Origin: the human T2T-CHM13v2.0 reference genome, Homo sapiens
DNA length: 64,000 nucleotides
Assembly: GCF_009914755.1 (NCBI RefSeq)
Contig: NC_060937.1
Direction: 5' to 3' (one strand)
This document shows, piece by piece, positions 19,451 through 39,927 of the stretch (its first letter is position 1; each line of letters starts with the position of its first letter). The position numbers and the translations under genes are program-made. The notes beneath the pieces are model-generated. The model saw only the letters and a program-made list of their open reading frames with translations, made no database searches and was not told the origin of the DNA.

Positions 19451-20080
19451 CTAATAATCCTGAGTTTGGTTTTCTTGGTTTTATTTTTTCATTTAGTTTT
19501 GTTCACTTTGACCAGTGGGCTGGTGTTTCTTAGGTGCACCAAGGTTTTCATTTTTCAGTTCAAGATTTTAAAACCTTAATGTGGTAATTTCTCTAATTTT
19601 TTTGACAGTTACGTCCCAGGTTGCAAGTTAAAATAAAATTCCCATTTTACTAAAGTCCTTGGTTTATTAATTATTTTATAATGACTTAATATATAATTTA
19701 ATAAGTAATGAGGGGTACTACATTTCAGAAATCAACACTGAAGAACTTATTCATGGAACCAAACACCACCTGTTTCTCAAACACCTATTGAAATAAAAAT
19801 ACATATAAATAATTTTTAAAAATAAACACTAAAAATAAAGTGAAAATGAAAAAATATATATCCAGGTTAAAAAAAAAACTACTTCAGTTAAACAATAAAT
19901 ACTTTTTGGGGGGACTCAACTCTACTGCAAAATTATTCGTTGTTTATTATAATCAACAATACAGGTAAAAGAATAAGTTTTTAAAAATGGAAAAATTGTA
20001 AAAAATAAAACGATATTAACAAATATTAGTATACTGGTGAAGGCCGGGCTCAGTGGCTGCTTTCCAAAGTGGTTACACCA

Positions 20081-23510
<3,430 letters not shown>

Positions 23511-23589
23511 TCTGTAATCTAGCATCCCATACTTCATATAATTGGGAAAAGCAGTAGTGGTTTTTTTTTAATTACTTAGTATTTCAACA

Positions 23590-24100
23590 AGAATCAACCA
23601 TCTCTCACCATTGCCAGGGCCCTGGTCAGAACCACTATCATCTCCCACCTGGAGGTTGCCACAGCATGGCCTCCCTGCTTCTACCCAAATCTTCCCACAA
23701 TCTTTCTCAACTCAGCTGCCATGGGATGCTTTTAAATCAGTAGACAGTTCGTGTCACCTCTCTGCTCAGAACCCTTCCTCATCTCCCATCTCAGACAGAA
23801 TAAAAACCAAAGCCCCAGCAATAGCCTCCCAGGGCTTACACAATCTGTACTGATCTGAGTCCAACAACTCCCTGGCCTCCTTCCCTACTTCTCTCCCTCT
23901 CTATACTCCACAGACCTCTTTCCTGAGCTTCAGACACACCACGGAGTTCCCTCTTAGCATCTTTATTCTGTTGTTTCTGCCTACAATGCTCTTCCCTCAG
24001 TACCTTGGCCAGATCCTTCCCCTCCTTCAAGTCTTTGCTCAATTTTCACTTAGGAGGCCAACCCTGACCACTCTATTTAATATTGCTATCTGTCCCTATT
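23590..24100 (+). mobile_element. L2 3' fragment
   Basis: Pyrimidine-rich motifs typical of L2 3' end (ccactatcatctcccacctgga, tcacctctctgctcagaacccttc, ccttcaagtctttgctcaa). Confidence 0.65.
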
Positions 24101-24120
24101 CCTGCCATGCTCACTCATTT

Positions 24121-24330
24121 CTTTTTTCTTTTTTTTTCTAAGATATAATCTCGCTGTGTCACTCAGACTGGGGTGCCATGGCACGATCACAACGCACTGA
24201 GACCTGGAGCTCTTAGGTCAAGAAATTGTCCTGCCTCAGGGCCAGACTTATCGTGAACTACTGGGCCAAAGCAACCATCCTGCCTCAACCTCCTAAATAG
24301 CTGGAATTATAGGTGTGGGCCACCAATTCT
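24121..24330 (-). mobile_element. Old, internally deleted Alu (AluJ-like)
   Basis: poly-T, right-arm start joined to a shortened second arm. Confidence 0.75.
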
Positions 24331-24337
24331 GGCTTCA

Positions 24338-24700
24338 TGTTCATTTCTTCTTGCCGCTGTTACAAACTACCCTACATTGAGTGGCTTAATACACCACAAA
24401 TCTACTAACTAAGAGGTCTGGGGGCCAGAAGTCCAAAATAGGTCTATTAAGGCTAAAGTCAAGGTGCCAGCAGGACTGCATCCCTTCTGGAGGTTCTGGA
24501 GAGAATATGTTCCCTTGCCTTTCCCAGTTGCTAAAGCCACTGCTATTCTTTGGCTCATGGCTCCTAACTGCATCTTCAAAGCCAGAAGCAAAGCATATTC
24601 GAATCTCCCTCTGTGACCTGTGCTTCCATCATCAAATCTCCTTCAATTCGGACTCTCTTACCTCCCTCTTTCACTTATAAAGACCTCTTGTGATTGCTGG
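24338..24700 (-). mobile_element. MLT1-type MaLR LTR fragment
   Basis: gagtggcttaa...ggccagaagtccaaaat...aaggtgccagcagg...cttgcctttcccag motifs of MLT1. Confidence 0.75.
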
Positions 24701-24706
24701 ACACAG

Positions 24707-25150
<444 letters not shown>

Positions 25151-25154
25151 ATAC

Positions 25155-26640
<1,486 letters not shown>

Positions 26641-26788
26641 AGAGGTGTTTGACCGTAACTACTATTCACGAAAAAGGTCTACTCATTAGAACTAAAAAAC
26701 ACAAAATTGTAAGTTCTACAAAAACAAATCAAGCTTATCTACCGCCCAGTCCTACTGAACTACAGAATGTGAGAACAGAAGGTCTGAC

Positions 26789-26907
26789 CATGGAGTCGAG
26801 AGCTGACAGGAATGTCACCACCATCCTGCTCTCCAAGGACTCCTCATCTTCAACAGACTCCTCATCTTCAATGGGCAGGGTGGAAACTGCAACTTGTGTC
26901 ATGATCC
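26789..26907 (-). pseudogene. GTF2I/GTF2IRD2-derived first coding exon, copy A (GTF2IP-type fragment)
   Basis: Minus strand from ATG 26902 reads [38 protein letters not shown] then GT donor; matches recalled TFII-I N-terminus [33 protein letters not shown]. Confidence 0.9.
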
Positions 26908-27122
26908 TTGCACAAGAAAAGTAGTAAGAAAATGAGTGGTAGAAATCCAGTGTCCTAAACTCACATCCGGAGCTGTGAGAGTTTTTTACTGGCTGGATAA
27001 TTCACAGTTTTCTTGAATCAGGGGAAAAATAAGACTCAGAAACTAGGAGTTTTGCCCAAAACTCTCATCAGATACAGAATCCATCCGCTAACTATCTAGT
27101 ATTATTTCCATAAGTTAGATCA

Positions 27123-27954
<832 letters not shown>

Positions 27955-28701
27955 AAGAAGTTCCTCTTCTTACTTAGAAAACAGATCACAGGGCATCAAG
28001 TAACACGTAAAATCCTTTATAATAAGCAGTATTATTTTTGGAAAACCTTTCCTAATATTTTGGTATCAGCAAAAAGCCTCAGATTAATTTCAAACACTAT
28101 AAAAATACAATACATAAACAGAAAATATTAACTGTCAGCAAGGCTATAGAGAAATTGGAAGCTGTATGCATTGCTTTTTGGAATGTAAAATGGTACAGCC
28201 CACTGTGGAAAATGGTTTAGCAGCTCCTTAAAAATATGAAGCATAGAATTATATGATCCATCAACACCCTTTAAGCGTATATACCCAAAAGAACTGAGAG
28301 CAGGGACTCAAACAGGTATTTGTACACCCGATTAACAGCAGCATTATTCACAGTGGCCAAAAGGTAGCCCAAACCTAATGCCCATCAGTAGGTGAATAGA
28401 TAAAGAAAATGTAATATATACATACACAGAGTATTATTCAGCCATAAAAAGAAAAATATCTGGCCAGATTCAGGGGCTTACACCTGTAATCCCAGTATTT
28501 TGGGAGGCCAAGGTGGGCAGGTCTCTTGAGCCCCATATTTTGAGACCAGACTGGACAACATGGCACTTTTGGTTAGAAGTGTTTGACCATAACTACTATT
28601 CCAGAAAAAGATCTACTCATTAGAACTACAAATCATAAAATTATAAGTTCTACAAAAACAAATCAACCTTATCTACCACCCAGTTCTACCCAATTATATC
28701 A

Positions 28702-28905
<204 letters not shown>

Positions 28906-29094
28906 CTAAACTCACATCCAGAGCTGTGAGAGTTTCTCCCCGGCTGCCAAATTGTTTTTTGGGTCAGAGAAAAAAATAAAACTTGGTAACCTGGTACTCG
29001 GCTTGCCCCAAACTCTCATCAGATAGAGAATCTATCCGCTAACTTTCTATCTAGTATTATTTCCATGAAGTTACATCAATATCACTCCCAAAAT

Positions 29095-31520
29095 AAATCC
29101 AGGTGGAAGACTAAATCCAAAGCTAGCAGAAGGAAAGAAATAATAAAGAGCATAATTAGAGCATAAATCAATCAAATAGAAGGTTGGAGAGCAGTAGAAT
29201 GAAAAAATGTAGATTCTTTGAAAGATCAAGCCTTTCACTATATTGACTGAGCAAAAGATGGAAGACTAATTATTAAAATAATAAATGAAAGCAGAGCCAT
29301 TACTACCAACTTTACAGAAATACAAAAGGATTATAGGAGTATACTGTGAACAACTGTCTAGCAACAAATTAGGTGCCCTGGATGAAATGGATGAATCGCT
29401 AGAAAGACACAAACTACCAAAGTGGCTCAAGAAGAAAGAGAAAATCTGAATAGACCTATAACCTAGGAGATTGAATTAGTAATCGAAAGCGATTAACAAA
29501 GAAACATTTATGACCAAATAGCTGCATTAACTGGTGAGTCAACCTAACATTTAAAGAAGAATTAATACCATTTCTTCTCACTCTTCTGACAAAATACATG
29601 AAGAAAGAATACTTGCTAATTCATTTTTTGATAACAGCATTATCCTTATACCAAAGACAAAGAGAGCACAAAAGAGAGAAATACAGCACTATATCCCTTA
29701 TGAATATATAAGCAAAAATCTCAGCAAAATACTAGCAATACTAGCAAAATACTAGCAGCAATACTGTATAATCAAAGGATTGTAAACTATCACCCTTTGA
29801 GATTTATCCCCAAAATGCAAAGGTGGTTCAACATATAAAAAATCAATCAGTGTAATATTCTGTAACAGTAAAATGAATAAGCACGTGATTATTTCAATTG
29901 ATGCAGATAAAACATTGATGAAATACAACACCCTTTTATAATAAAAATACTCAATAAACTAGGCATAGAAGGGATCTTCTGCAACATGACAATGGGATGT
30001 ACAAAAACCCAACAGTTAATATCATGATCAATGATGAAACGCTGAAAGCTGTTTTCCTAACATCTAGAAGAAAAGGATGGTGCACTTGCCACTTGTATTC
30101 AACGTAGCACTGGCAGTTCTAGCCAGAGCAATTAGGCAAGACAAAGAAATAAAAGGCATCTAAATTAGAAATAAAAAATAGGTGTGAAATTATATCTACA
30201 CATGATCTTATAGGTATAAAGCTCCAAACAAAACACAAAACCGATTATAACTAATAAAAGAGGCAGGATGCAAACAAACATAGGCAAATGAGCTATATTT
30301 CTATATAGTTGTAAAGAACTATGAAAACATTTTAAAAATTCCATTTATAATGACATCAAAGAATACATTATTCAGGCATAAATCTAACCATGGTGGTATA
30401 CACAAAACATTGCTGCAAAAAACTAAAGAGAGTGGAAATAAGCGGAAAGACATTCTGTGTTCACGGGTTGTAAGACAATATTGTTAAGATGACAATACCA
30501 TCTAAAGTAATCTACAGATTCAATGCAATACCATCAAAATCCCAAAGGCATTTTTGCAGAAACAAAGAAACTCATTCTAAAATCATACAAAAATTCAAAG
30601 GATCTGACAGACAAAACAGTCTTGAAAAAGAACATTGGAAAACTCACATTTTTCAGTTTCACAGCCTACTACAAATCTACAGTAATCAAGAGAGTGTGGT
30701 ACTGGAATAAGACCAATAGACTTTCAGACAAATACAATAGAACAGATTTGAGATCCTACAAGTTAGTCCTCACATATATGGTCAATGACTGTTCAACAAG
30801 GTGGCCAAGTCTAGTCAAGGGAGGAAAGAACAGTCTCTTCAACAGCTGGATGTCAGTGCACAAGAGAGAAGTTAGACCCCTACCTTGCAGTATATACAAA
30901 AATTAATTCTAAATTAATAAAAGACTTAAATGTAAGGACTAAAAATATGTAACTCTTAGAAGAAAACACACGGTAAACCTTTATGACCTTTGAGTTTTAA
31001 GTGTATTCTGAAATATGACAGAAAAGCACAGATAACAAAAGAAAATACACGAAAATTAGATTTAATCAAAATAAAAAAACCCTTTATGCATCAAAGGATA
31101 CTATCAAGGGAGTGAAAAGACAACCCATAATATGTGAGAAAATATGTATCTGATAAAATCAAAATGTGTATCTGATAAAAGCTTAATATCCCACAACTCA
31201 ACAACAGAATTTCTAAGATCCCAATTAAAAAAATAGGCAAAGGACTTGAACAGACATTTCTCCAAAGAAGATACACAAATGTCTAAGAAGGAAAAGAAAA
31301 GATGCTAAACACCATTATTCATTAATAAAATGCAAGGCAAAACCCAAATGAGAAGCCACTTTGCATCCACTAGTAAGGCTTTCATAACAACGACACAGAA
31401 AATCAATGTTGCGAAGGAGGTGGAGAAACTGGAGCCCTCATGAACTGGCTGCTAGGAATAGAAAATGATGCACTTGCTGTGGAAAACAGTTTGGTGGTTC
31501 CTCAAAGAATCACACAGAGA
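29095..31520 (+). mobile_element. Old L1M ORF2 fragment
   Basis: A-rich; remnant peptides KVIYRFNAIP, YYKSTVIKRVWYW; many stops. Confidence 0.88.
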
Positions 31521-31524
31521 AACA

Positions 31525-32610
31525 GGCGCCGCTGGCTTGCGGGTTCTCCTGGGCTGGCGCGGGAGGTCCCGGAATCGCAGGCGCGCATTCCTTCCCGCCT
31601 GAGGGCCCGCCTGGCCGTGACTCCTGCCCCTCTCCTCCTCCGAAGAGAGATCTGGGCCGCCCCAGGGGCCGTCTGCAGCCACCGGGGATGGGGCTGAGGG
31701 TCGGTTCCTGCCCCGGTGCAGCCGCCCCTGGGCAGACCGCCTGGCTTGGTCGCAGCCACGGCGACATCTAGCCCCAGTTCTGCGAGGCTGGGCGCGCCAG
31801 CCAGCTTGGGAGTCGCCCGGCGCCTGTAGCTGGGTGCCCAGGTGGTGGAGCATGCCCTGGGCCGCCTCTGGATCGCGGGTGCCCCTGGCCTGAGAGCCTG
31901 CCAGACCCTGCCCCGGCCCGGCTCCTCCTCTGTCAGAGCTCCAGATCTCTATCCAGGGGCCCTCTGCAGCCACCGGGGATGGGGCTGAGGGCTGGTTCCC
32001 GCCCCTGTGCAGCTGCTGCAGGACAGACCGCCTGGCTTGGCTACAGCCACAGGGACATTTGGCCCTGCTTCCGAGATGTGGGGAGTGTGGGCGAGCTCGG
32101 GAGTTGCCTGGAGGCTGCTGCCTGCACGCAGAAGGCGGCTGCAGCTCGGGTGCCCAGGCGGGCTGGAAGTGCATGGCCTGGTCGGCCTTGGGATCGCCAG
32201 CGCGCCCAGCCTGAGGGCCCCCAGGCCGTGCCTCCCAACCACTCCTCCACCTGAGGGAGATCGGAGCCGTTTGTATGGGCACTCGGCAGTCACCTCGTGT
32301 GGGGTTGAGCAGTGGGTTCTCAGTTCTCGCTCCTGTGCAGCTGCTGCCGCAGAGCAGAATGCCTGGCTTGGCTGCAGCCACTGGGACACGTGGCCCTGCT
32401 TCTGTGATGCTAGGAGCACGAGCGGGCTCGGGGGTTGCCAGGCAGCTGCTGCCTGCACACAGAGGGCGACGGCAGCTTGGGCGCCCAGATGGCGGAGCAT
32501 GGTTTGGATGGCCTCTGGAATGCATGCGCGCCAGGCCTGAGGGTCACCCTGGTGGGGCCACATACCCCGGTCTTCCTCTGCTGGAGCCTGGAGCAGCTGG
32601 AATGGCCACT
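31525..32610. repeat. GC/CpG-rich island made of ~3.5 diverged ~300-bp tandem units
   Basis: gtgcagc.gc...gcctggcttggc.gcagccac.g.gaca recurs at ~31717, ~32007, ~32335; abrupt GC shift versus flanks. Confidence 0.8.
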
Positions 32611-32874
32611 ATTCCGTCACAGGGGATAGAGTTAAGTTTTCTTATCCCACCCATGCACACAAAAAGGTGACGATTCTGTGAGGTAATAAACGTGTTAATT
32701 GACTACATTCATGCCACTCTACACCCACAAGTAAGGCTTTCATAACAATGACACAGAAAATAAATGTTGCTAAGGAGGTGGAGAAGTTGGAGCCCTCATG
32801 ATTTGGCTGCTAGGAATAGAAAATGATGCCCTTGCTACGGAAAACAATTTGGTTGTTCCTCACAGAATGAGCAT

Positions 32875-35440
<2,566 letters not shown>

Positions 35441-35444
35441 GGGA

Positions 35445-35737
35445 CCCCTGAACCTGACCCTGACCCCTGACCCTGATCTCTAACCCCTGACCCTGACCCC
35501 TAACCCCTGACCCTAACCCTAACCCTTAACCGTAACCCCTAAGCCTAACCCCTAACCACAACCCTCACCCTCACACTAATCCAACCCTAACCCCTTATCC
35601 CTAACCCCTAACCTCTCTTAACCTCTAACTCTAAACATTGACTCTTAACTCTTAACTCTGACCCCAACCCCTATCTCCAACCCCTAACCCTAAACTTAAC
35701 CCCTAACCCCTAACCCTAACACCAACCTTAACCCTAG
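35445..35737. repeat. Degenerate interstitial telomeric tract (CCCTAA)n with CCCTGA/CCCCTAA/CTCTTAA variants
   Basis: Directly visible hexamer repeats. Confidence 0.97.
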
Positions 35738-36476
35738 GTTCGTTACTACGTTTGTACTATGTCAATGTTGATTATTATGATCTCTGTCTTAGGACTGCAT
35801 GGCAGCAAGGGGATTGCGGATCTTATATTAATATTTTTGTATTGAGGCAGTGCATTAGCATTACAGGTGCTTGTTACATGAGCAATGGGAGTGTCATAAT
35901 TTGGGTGTCATGTCTGCATTAGGAATGCTGCATTTGTCTTCCGAGGCTGCGGTGTGGATCTCGCACTGTGGCCGCCTCGGCTTGGCTGGGGAGAACCTCG
36001 GTTGGCAGGATTCAGAGGGGCTTTTGGTTTCCCTTTTCCACACTGAGCCCTTCTAACTGGTCTCTGGCCCTGATTATTCAGGGCTGCAAAAGGGAAGGAT
36101 TTTATTCACCGTCTATGCGGTCCCAAGTTGTCCCAAAGCGAGGCAGTGCCCCAAAGGTCTGTGCTGAGGAGAACGCTGCTCTGCCTTAGCGGTGTCCCCC
36201 GGGTCTGTGCTGAGCAGAACGCAGCTCCGCCCTCGCGGTGCCCCCGGCCCGCCTGGGTCTGTGCTGAGGAGAACACTGCTCCGCCTTCGCTGTATCTCTG
36301 AAGTCTGTGCAGAGGAGAACTCAGCTCTGCCCTGGCGATGCTCTCCTTGGCTGTGCTGGGAAGAACGCAGCTCCGCCCTCGCAAAGGCGCTCAGCGCCGG
36401 CAAAAAGCGCAGAGAGGCCCACAGCGCCGGGGCAGGCGCAGAGAGGCCCACAGCGCCGGCGCAGGCGCAGAGAGGC
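35738..36476. repeat. TAR1 telomere-associated repeat including gtctgtgctgaggagaacgc units and ~3 29-bp units (TERRA-promoter-type repeats)
   Basis: cagcgccggcgcaggcgcagagaggc 29-mers at ~36390-36475; adjacency to CCCTAA tract as in subtelomeres. Confidence 0.9.
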
Positions 36477-37999
36477 AGAAGGCCCATGAGGGGAAGGTGA
36501 GACACCTGGGGCAAAGAAGAAAAAAAAAATGCGCCGCGAAGCAGTGTCTGGGTCATCCAGGGACGAAAGTTTTTTCCCATCAGACCTTGCGCTGGGCCCC
36601 AGGGACCCTGGGATCCCTGGTTCACGCCCGGGGTGTGCCTCAGGCGACTAGGGGTACCACAACTTGGACAGAAGGCCCATGAGTGGAAGTTGAAGTTTGT
36701 GGGAGGAGAGGTGAGGCAGCAGGGGCAGAAAAAATAAAAAAAGAGGACCGCGTCTCAGAGAAGCGGGGCCTGGGTCCCCCACGGATGAAAGTGCCTTCCC
36801 ATCAGGCCCTATGCTGGGCCTGGTGGACCCTGGCGACCCTGGTTCGAGCCCAGGGTGCGCCTCGGGACAGCTTGGGGTACCACAAAGCAAAGAAAAGGTC
36901 CATGAGGGGAAGGTGAGGCACCTGAGGCAGAGAAAAAAAAAAATGCTCAGCCGAGAAGCAGTGCCTGGGTCCCCCACGGATGAAAGTGCCATCCCATCAG
37001 CCCCTTCGCTGGGCCCTGGGGACCCTGGCATCCCTGGTGTGACCCTGGGGTACGCCTCGGGACAGTAAGGGTACCCCAAGGTGGGCAGAAAGCCCCTAAG
37101 GGGAAGGTGAGGCACCTAGGGCAGAGAAAAAAAAAACTTCACCACGGAGAAACACGGCCTGGGTGCCCCACAGACGAAAGTGTCTTCCCATCAGTCCCTG
37201 CACTGGGACCCAGGGACCCTGTTGTCCCTCGTTCGAGCTCAGGGTGTGCCTCGGCCGCTAAGTGCACACCAAGGGGGCTTTGGGGACACAAAACCCGTGA
37301 GGGGAAGGTGAGTTTTGAGGGAGGACAGGTGAGGCACCTGTCACAGAAAAAGAAAAAAAAGAAACCCGCACCGCGGAGAGGTGGGGCCTGGGTACCCCAC
37401 GGATGAAAGTGCCTTCCCATCAGCCCCTGCGCTGGGCCACGGGGAACCTAGAGTCCCTGGTTGGAGCTCAGGGAGAGTCTCGGGCCACTAGGGATACCCC
37501 AACACGGTGGAAAGCCCATGAGAGGAAGGTGAGCTGTGAGGGAGGAGAGGTGAGGCACTTGTGGCAGAAAAGAAAAAGAAACCGCGCCACGGAAAAGTGG
37601 GGCCTGGGTCTCCCATGGAAAAAATGTGCCTTCCCATCAGTCCCTGAGCTGGGCCACGTGGACCAGGCGACCCTGGTTCTAGGCCTGGGTGCACCTCGGG
37701 CCCGCTAGGTGTACCCCAAAACGGGCTGAAGGCCCATGAGGGGAAGGTGACGTTTGACGGAAGAGAGGTGAGGCACCTGCGGCAGAAAAAAAAAAACCGT
37801 GCGGAAGAGAAGCGGGGCCTGGGTCTCCCACGGACGAAAGTGCCTTCTCATCAGCCCCTGCGCTGGGCCCCCTGGACTCTGGCGACCCTAGTTCAAGGAC
37901 CAGAAGAGACTCTGGCATGCTAGGGTACCCTAAGGAAGCCAGAAAGCCCATGAGGGGAAGGCGAGATTTAAGGGAGGAGAGGTGAGTCACCTGTGGCAG

Positions 38000-38057
<58 letters not shown>

Positions 38058-39552
38058 CACCTCGGAGAAGCCGGGACTGGGTCCCCACTGATGAAAGTGC
38101 CTTCCCATCAGCCCCTGCGCTAGCCCCGAGAACCTGGCGACCCTGATTGGAGACCCGGGAGCGCCTCGGGCCTGCTCGTGGTACCCCAAAGCAGGCAGAA
38201 GGCCAGTGAGGGGAAGGTGAGGCACCAGGGGCGGAGAAAAAAAACCGCAGCTTTGAGAAGCGGGGCCTGGGTACCCACGGATGAAGGTACATTCCCATCA
38301 GCCCCTGCGCTAGGCCCCGGCGACCCTGGCATCCATGGTTCGAGTCCAGGGAGAGCCTTGGGCCGGAAGGGGTACCCCAAGTAGAGCAGAAAGCCCATGA
38401 TGGGAAGTTGACGTTTGAGGGAGGAGAGGTGAGGAACCTGTGGCAGAAAAAAAAAAAAGAAAACAAGCCGCGCCTAGGAGAAACTGGGCCTGGGTACCCC
38501 AAGGATGAAAATGCCTTCCCATCAGTCCCTGCGCTGGGCCCTGTGGACGCTGGAGACCCCAGTTCGAGCCCCGGGTGCGCCCCGGGCCTGCTAGGGGTAC
38601 CACAAGGGGGGCAGAAATCCCATGAGGGGCAGTTGAGGTTTGAGGAAGGAGAGGTGAGGCACCTGTGGCAGAAAAAAAAAAACTGCACCACGGAGAAGCG
38701 GAGCCTGGATCCCCAACGGACGAAAGTGTCTTCCCATCAGCCCTTGCGCTGGGCACAGGGGACCCTGGCATTCCTGGTACGAGACCAGGGTGCGATTCAG
38801 GCCGCTAGGGGTACCCCAAGACAGACAGAAGGCCCATGAGGGAAAGGTGAGACACCTGGGGCAGAGAACAAAATAAAAAACTGCGCCCACCAGAAGTGGG
38901 GCCTGGGTTCCCCATGGACGAACGTCCCTACCCATAAGCCCTACACTGGGCCCCGGAGACCCTAGCATCCCTGGCTCAAAACAAGGGTGCGCCTCGGGCC
39001 GGCTAGGGGTACCTCAAGGCGGGCAGAAAGCCCATGACGGGAAAGTGAGGCACATGTGGAAAAGAAAAGAAAAAAAAACGCCACAGAGAAGCAGAGCCTG
39101 GGTCCCTGAGGAAGAACGTGTCTTATCATCAGCCACTGCGCTTGACCCTGTGGAACCTGGCTTCCATGGTTCGAGCCCAGGGTGTGCCTTGGGCCGCTAG
39201 GAGTAACCCAAAGCTTGCAGAAGGCACAAGAGGGGAAGGTGAGGCACCTGGGGCAGAGAAAAAAAAAACACAGCCGCGGAGAAGCGGGGACTGGGTCCTC
39301 CAAACGGACGAAAGTGTCTTCCCATCAGGACTTGTGCTGGGCCTCAGGGACCCTGGAGTCCCTGGTTCGATCCCACAGTGCACCTCGGGCCGCTAGGTGT
39401 ACCCCAAGGCAGACAGAAGCCACATGAGAGGAAGGTAAGATTTGAGGAAGGAGAGGAAAGGCATCTATCGTAGCAAAAAAAAAAAAAAACGCGCAAAGGA
39501 GAAGCAGGGCATGGGTCCCCCACAAACGAAAGTGCCTTCCCATCAGGCCCTG
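36477..39552. repeat. Gamma satellite array (GSATII-like), ~15 GC-rich monomers of ~190-225 bp
   Basis: agaaggcccatgaggggaaggtgaggcacctg...A-tract...gaaagtgccttcccatcagcccc recurs ~15 times; family name from recall. Confidence 0.85.
38015..38053. repeat. (TA)n microsatellite inside one gamma-satellite monomer
   Basis: A-tract followed by ~19 TA units. Confidence 0.95.
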
Positions 39553-39927
39553 AGGGTTTGAAAAAGAATGAAGAGTGACTAATGTCTACAGGGTTTTTCT
39601 CTGGTCGGGGGTGATAAGACGTTCTACAGTGGATTGCGAATTAAAATTGAATGTGCACAACCACAGGTATACTAAAAGCCACTCAATTCATGACTTTTAA
39701 TGGGGGAATCTTATGTGGCGCACTCTCATGGAGACCACGGCAGACATAGTGAGAGAGAAAAAGGTGAGTAAATATCTGAAACGGAGGCAGAAACAGAGAG
39801 AATGAAAAGCCCTGTGAATGGAAGGGAGAGCGAAAAGGGAAAATGGTCCTATTTACAAATGACAGATGTGAAACTGGGGTTCACATCAACAGTGTCACTG
39901 CCAGGAAGGAGGGTGATGCTAGCCATG

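Noticed and set aside
31452-32670. 357-aa and overlapping ORFs in the GC island
   Set aside because: Open in several frames because of high GC; no recognisable domain.
36106-39543. ORFs in TAR1 and gamma satellite
   Set aside because: Frame changes with each A-tract; no consistent reading frame, unlike ACRO1.
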